Assembly (NCBI GenBank): GCA_963803435.1
Contig: CAWDML010000001.1
Span: 480,001 to 544,000, forward strand
Direction of reading: 5' to 3'
Length of the DNA stretch: 64,000 bases
Source: an uncultured delta proteobacterium
Lineage (GTDB): Bacteria; Myxococcota; Kuafuiibacteriia; Kuafuiibacteriales; Kuafuiibacteriaceae
Below the pieces are notes generated by a model. The model saw only the letters and a list, made by a program, of their open reading frames with translations. It was not told where the DNA came from and ran no database searches. The stretch's first letter is position 1. Every line of letters begins with the position of its first letter. Made by a program: the position numbers and the translations under genes. Positions 59,388-64,000 of the stretch are shown piece after piece.

Positions 59388-59753
59388 ATGACGAAAATCT
59401 TGATTGCAGACGACAACAACGACCTACTGGAGATGCTGGTGAGTCGGTTCCGCGCCGTCGGCTTCGAGGTGGTCTCGGCCCAGACCGGCACCGCAGCGCT
59501 CGAGGTCGCGCGCCGGGAGCAGCCGGAGCTGGCCGTGCTGGACGTGATGATGCCGGAGCTCAACGGGTTTCAGGTGTGCCGCCGCCTCAAGGAGGATGAA
59601 GAGCTCGGCGACATGCCGATCGTCCTTCTCACCGCGAAAGGCACCGAGGCGGATCAATTCTGGGGCTTCGAAGTGGGCGCCGATCTCTACCTGACCAAGC
59701 CGATCGAGCCGGGCGAGGTCGTGGCGGAGGTCCAGAAGCTCCTCGATCGGTGA
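59388..59753 (+). CDS. Single-domain response regulator
   Basis: ILIADDN, LDVMMPELNG, LTAK, YLTKP. Confidence 0.95.
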   Translation: MTKILIADDNNDLLEMLVSRFRAVGFEVVSAQTGTAALEVARREQPELAVLDVMMPELNGFQVCRRLKEDEELGDMPIVLLTAKGTEADQFWGFEVGADLYLTKPIEPGEVVAEVQKLLDR

Positions 59754-59756
59754 GAC

Positions 59757-62700
59757 GTGACCGACCCGCTCGACATCGCGCTGTATGTCGCGGCCGGCGG
59801 GGTGGTGCTCACGGTTCTGCTGCTCCTGGGCTTCGGAGCTCGGCGGACGCTCTCGGGTTTGATGGTCTCGCGCCTGGAGCGGCGCATCGCCCACGCCGAC
59901 GCGATCCTCACCAAGGCGATGGAGGAGAACTTCGGCACCATGGATCGCCTGCTGTTTCAGCTGGGCGAGATCCGCGATCAACGCGCGGTCGAAGCGGCGC
60001 TCGAGAAGCTGCTCGACAAGAACGACTCCCGTCTCGAGGTTCCGCTCTCCCAGCTGTTTCGATCGCTCGGGCTGATCGATCGATATCTGGAACAGGTTCG
60101 GAAGGCGTCGAAGTGGACCGAGCGTGCCGGGGCGGCGCGGGCGCTGGGAAAGCTGGGCGTGGTGGACGCGGTTCCGCTCCTGGTGGCGGTCATGCGCGAT
60201 CCGCAGGAGGACGCACGCAGCGTGAAGCAAGCCGCCGCCCGCGCGCTCGGTGAGCTCCGGGCGCCCGAGGCCATCCCGCTCCTGATGAAGGAGCTCGAGA
60301 CCCGGGACGAGTGGGCCTCGCCTCGGCTGGCCGACATCCTGGTCTCGTTCGGGGAGACGGCGGTGCCCCAGCTCCTCGAGTCGCTCGTCGACGAGGCGCA
60401 CGCGAACTCCCGGGCCTGGGCCGCCCAGGTGCTGGGAAAGATCGGCAGCCAGCGGGCGGTCGCACCGCTCCTGCAGCGCCTCCACGATCGCTCCGAGCAG
60501 GTCCGCATGGCCGTGGCCGAGGCCCTCGGAGCCCTGGGAGATCGGCGCGCGACCAACGAGCTGGTACAGATCGCGCTCCGCGACCCGGTCGGCACGGTGC
60601 GCGCGGAGGCGGCCCGCGCGCTCGGACAGATGCGGGACGAGTCGGTGCTGGAGACCCTGGTGACGCTGCTCGCGGATCCGGACTACTGGACGCGGCTCCG
60701 CACCATCGAGGCGATCGAGCTGCTCAAGCCGGAGGATCCGACCGCGCTGGACTCGGCGCTTCGCGATCCTTCGCCCGAGGTGCGCAAGCGCGCAGCGGTG
60801 GCGCTGCAGCGGATCGGCGTGCTCGACCAGCGCGTCGAGGAGCTCGCGGGCAACGATCGAGGCATCGTCGACCGAGCGATGCGCACGCTGATCGAGATGG
60901 GCCGCGCCGGTCTGATCGAGTCGATCCTCGCGCACCTGGAGCACCCCAGCCTGCGGGTGCGATCGCGAATCACGGAGGTCCTGGGCCGCGTCGGTGATCA
61001 GTACGCCGTGCCAGCCCTCCTTCCGCTGCTCGGCGACATCGAGTGGCCGGTGCGCGTGCGCGCGGTGGAGGCGGTCGGGCAGCTGGCGCTCGGCTCCGGC
61101 CCGGGCGAAGGCGCGTACGACGGCGTGCAGCTCCTGGTGCCACTCTTGTCGGATCCCGAGGAGAACGTCCGAAGCGCAGCGGTGGCGGCGATCCGCTCGC
61201 TCGGCCTGGGCGAGAATCCGGAGGGGCTCGCGGCGGTGCTGCGACTGTACGACACCGACAACGCCGAGGTCCGCGCGTCGGTGCTCGAGACCGTGGGCTC
61301 GCTGGCGCTGCCCGAGGTGGACGACCTGCTCCATCGCGCCCTGCTCGATCCGAACCACGAGGTGCGGCTCCGCGCGATCCGATCGGTGGAGCAGCGCCCG
61401 TCTCCGGACTGGGAGGCGGAGCTGGTGGATCAGCTCGGCGATCCCGAGTTCGGCGGGCGCCCCGACGCAGTGCGCGTGTTGGGGAGGATCGGGACGCCGG
61501 AGGCGATCGAGGCGGTCATCAAGAACCTCGATACGCCGGACCGGAAGCTACGCGAGGCGCTCACCGACGTGCTGGCCGCCAAGGGCGTCGACCATCTGCT
61601 CGAGAAGGTGGGGAGCACCGATCGTGAAGAGGTGGAGCTCGCAATGATCTGGGCGCTCGGGAAGACAGGAGAGCCGAGCGCGATCGTCCACGTGGTGAAC
61701 CGTGCCGAGCATCCGTCCGCCGACGTGCGGGCCGCCGTGTGCGGAGCGCTGGCCAAGCTGGGAGGCGAGACCTCACTCTCGATCCTGGAGCGGCTCGCGC
61801 GGGACCGAAGCGAGCGCGTGCGGGCGGCCGCGAGCAACGCGCTCGGCAGCTTGGGGATCGACGCGGCGGTGCCTGCGCTGGCGGCGGCCACGCGGGATCC
61901 CGATCGCTTCGTGCGAAACCGCGCCTTGCTGGCGCTCGGTCGGACCGGCACCAGGCGCGCGAGAGAGGCCCTCGCGGTCCTTCCCGAGGGTCCGCTCGAG
62001 GACGACGCTCACCTCTACCTGCTGATCGCCCGGGTGCTGGCCCAGGTCCCGAGCGCGCTGGAAGCGGCGATCGGCGCGCTGACCACGCGCGGCGTCGAGC
62101 GGCGGATCAAGCGCATTCTCTCCGACGAGTCGGAGGAGCTCGGCGCGCGCTTCCGGCAGCTCCTGAGGATCGAGACGCGCGACATCGAGGTGGAGACGCT
62201 GGCGCTCGAGTACGTGGAGACGCTGCAGAATAGCCAGAGCGCGGACGAGCGGGCCTCCGCGGTGCGCGCGCTGGCGGTGCTCGACGTCCACCGCTACCAG
62301 GAGCGCCTGTTCGACACGATCCGCACCGATCCTGACGACGGCGTGCGGAGGCTGGCGGTCATGGCGTTCTCCGAGGTGGAGATCGACGGCGAGCTCGAGC
62401 ACATCTTGATCGACACGCTGCGCGACCCCTCGGTGACCGTGCAGATCGAGGCAGCCCGCGGTCTCACGCGCCTCGCCTCACCCACGCACAACGATCGACT
62501 GCTGCGAACCTTTCTCACCCGCGATCCGGAGCTCGCAGAGGTGGTGACCGAAGCGCTGGTCGAGGCCAACAGCGGAAGGACGGCGGACTTCATCGACCAG
62601 CTGATGGGCTACTCCGATCTGCCGATCCAGGTCGGGGCCGCCGGCGTTCTGGGTCGCCTCGCCGAACCGGCCGCCGCCCGCCTCCTCACGGCCTGGTGCC

Positions 62701-63395
62701 GATCGCGCGAGCCCTCGCTCCGGGCCGGCGCGGTGGAGGCGTTGGGCCGGATCGGCACCGGCGCGGCGCGCACCGAGATCGCGCTCTGCGCCGAGGATCC
62801 CTCGGAGCTGGTCCGCACGTCGGTGGTTCGCGCCCTGGGCCGGCGGGCCGACGGCGCCCTCCGCGAGCGCCTGCTCCAGATGGCGCACGATCCCTCGCTC
62901 GAGGTGCGGCGTCAGCTGGCCGACTCCGTGAAGGACCGCGAGACCGAGCTCGCCGTGGTGCTCGCCGAACGACTGGCGGACGATCCGGAGCAGGACATCC
63001 GAGCGCGCGCACTCCGCTCGCTGGCCGCCGCCGACGATGCGAGCGCGCTGGTCCGGTTCGTCGAGATGGCCAAGGCGGCGCCCGTCGACGTGCAAGCTCT
63101 CCTCCAATCGACCCCTGCGGACCACGCCGCCACCGTTGCCGCCGTCTCCGCGCTCCTAGAGCGCCGGCTCCCCGCGGAGCGCATGACCGCGCTCGAGGCC
63201 ATTCAGGTGCTGGGCGCGCTCACGCCCGAGCGTCTGGAGTCGTCCTTCGCCGATCCGTCGCCCGACGTCCGCGTCAGGGCGGTCGAGCTCGCCACCGACG
63301 CGAGCGGAGAAGCGCTCGAGCGCCTCCTGCGGGATCCCGACCAGCGCGTGCGCGACGCCGCTCGGCGCCACCGGCTCCAGGTGGTGGCGGATTAG
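59757..63395 (+). CDS. Membrane-anchored HEAT (PBS lyase-like) repeat protein, 1212 aa
   Basis: N-terminal TM followed by many L.D....VR..A..ALG repeats. Confidence 0.9.
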   Translation: MTDPLDIALYVAAGGVVLTVLLLLGFGARRTLSGLMVSRLERRIAHADAILTKAMEENFGTMDRLLFQLGEIRDQRAVEAALEKLLDKNDSRLEVPLSQLFRSLGLIDRYLEQVRKASKWTERAGAARALGKLGVVDAVPLLVAVMRDPQEDARSVKQAAARALGELRAPEAIPLLMKELETRDEWASPRLADILVSFGETAVPQLLESLVDEAHANSRAWAAQVLGKIGSQRAVAPLLQRLHDRSEQVRMAVAEALGALGDRRATNELVQIALRDPVGTVRAEAARALGQMRDESVLETLVTLLADPDYWTRLRTIEAIELLKPEDPTALDSALRDPSPEVRKRAAVALQRIGVLDQRVEELAGNDRGIVDRAMRTLIEMGRAGLIESILAHLEHPSLRVRSRITEVLGRVGDQYAVPALLPLLGDIEWPVRVRAVEAVGQLALGSGPGEGAYDGVQLLVPLLSDPEENVRSAAVAAIRSLGLGENPEGLAAVLRLYDTDNAEVRASVLETVGSLALPEVDDLLHRALLDPNHEVRLRAIRSVEQRPSPDWEAELVDQLGDPEFGGRPDAVRVLGRIGTPEAIEAVIKNLDTPDRKLREALTDVLAAKGVDHLLEKVGSTDREEVELAMIWALGKTGEPSAIVHVVNRAEHPSADVRAAVCGALAKLGGETSLSILERLARDRSERVRAAASNALGSLGIDAAVPALAAATRDPDRFVRNRALLALGRTGTRRAREALAVLPEGPLEDDAHLYLLIARVLAQVPSALEAAIGALTTRGVERRIKRILSDESEELGARFRQLLRIETRDIEVETLALEYVETLQNSQSADERASAVRALAVLDVHRYQERLFDTIRTDPDDGVRRLAVMAFSEVEIDGELEHILIDTLRDPSVTVQIEAARGLTRLASPTHNDRLLRTFLTRDPELAEVVTEALVEANSGRTADFIDQLMGYSDLPIQVGAAGVLGRLAEPAAARLLTAWCRSREPSLRAGAVEALGRIGTGAARTEIALCAEDPSELVRTSVVRALGRRADGALRERLLQMAHDPSLEVRRQLADSVKDRETELAVVLAERLADDPEQDIRARALRSLAAADDASALVRFVEMAKAAPVDVQALLQSTPADHAATVAAVSALLERRLPAERMTALEAIQVLGALTPERLESSFADPSPDVRVRAVELATDASGEALERLLRDPDQRVRDAARRHRLQVVAD

Positions 63396-63471
63396 CTTAG
63401 AGCCGGTCCAGAAACCGTTCCGTTCGCAGTTTGCTGTTTCGTCGTTCTGTCATTCGCTGTTCGATCCGGCG

Positions 63472-63555
63472 ATGAAGGGCGATGACATCGCAGAACGACT
63501 GCTCAAGTTTGCGAAGTCGGCGCGCCGCCGAGCGGGGGGCGGGCTCGACTCATGA
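63472..63555 (+). pseudogene. Truncated four-helix-bundle (23S rRNA IVP-like) gene stub
   Basis: MKGDDIAERLLKFA resembles the usual N-terminus of this family, then diverges and stops after 27 codons. Confidence 0.45.
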
Positions 63556-63792
63556 TCCGTGCGACTCACGGGGAGCTTGAGGATCTCTACAATCTGGTCG
63601 ACCACCTCGCGCGCTCCAACACGCTGAGCCGCGGCAAGGTCGAGGAGCTCGTGAACCTCGCAGCCAGCTTGTCGGCCGCGCTCGACGAGGCAAGCCCCGG
63701 CTAACGCGGTTCGTGAACGGCTTACGCTCGAACCATCCCCAGACCCAACTGAACGAAATGATGGATGGCCGCATCATCGCGTTCCTGCAAAT

Positions 63793-64000
63793 GTGGACGG
63801 CACACCGAGGCCCAACGCTCAGAGGAACTTCACCGACTCAGACAGCAGGATCATGTTGAAGGAGGGAGCGTACCTCCAGGCCTACAATGCCCAAGTTGTC
63901 GTAGATGAGCACGCTCAGGTGATTGTCGCCGAAGGGGTCAGCAACCAGGCACCTGATCAGACACCTCGTCCCGATGCTCCGTGATGTGTTTCGGCAACTG
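63793..64000 (+). mobile_element. IS1182-family transposase fragment (degenerate, runs to the window edge)
   Basis: AQRNFTDSDSRIM, AYNAQVVVD, VSNQAPD; continues as HLVPML only after a frameshift; no N-terminal half visible. Confidence 0.8.

Noticed and set aside
63398-63420. IS terminal inverted repeat at TTAGAGCCGGTCCAGAAA
   Set aside because: It resembles an IS end, but no partner repeat or target duplication is visible within the window.

Overview
High-GC bacterial DNA. The HRDVSPQN-type Ser/Thr kinase, Cys-rich lipoproteins and CHAT/S8 proteases suggest Myxococcota or a relative (inference). About 47 genes, mostly transport, lipid, redox and envelope functions; no rRNA, tRNA or CRISPR array seen. 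Main observations: (1) an ECF sigma / membrane anti-sigma / lipoprotein TPR-CHAT (caspase-like) / S8 protease module at 21.3-33.0 kb. It is split by a 5.6-kb cassette that includes three putative lipid/phosphate hydrolases, and a diverged ~80-bp duplicate of the anti-sigma 3' end sits at the CHAT start, indicating former adjacency. (2) A synthase-dependent polysaccharide operon (CBM protein, TPR/YaiO-like barrel, processive GT2, histidine kinase, receiver, 1212-aa HEAT protein) with a divergent CotH kinase at 52-63.4 kb. (3) A PqqD/RRE-like-PIG-L deacetylase, GT2, AsnB and an orphan bufferin-like Cys peptide at 13.5-18.7 kb. (4) A Ser/Thr kinase with a solute-binding ectodomain. Five single-base insertions, three at the same CGAGAATC motif, break the CHAT, VPS10 and aconitase ORFs and look like sequencing errors. 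All family calls come from motif recognition by eye; no searches were run.
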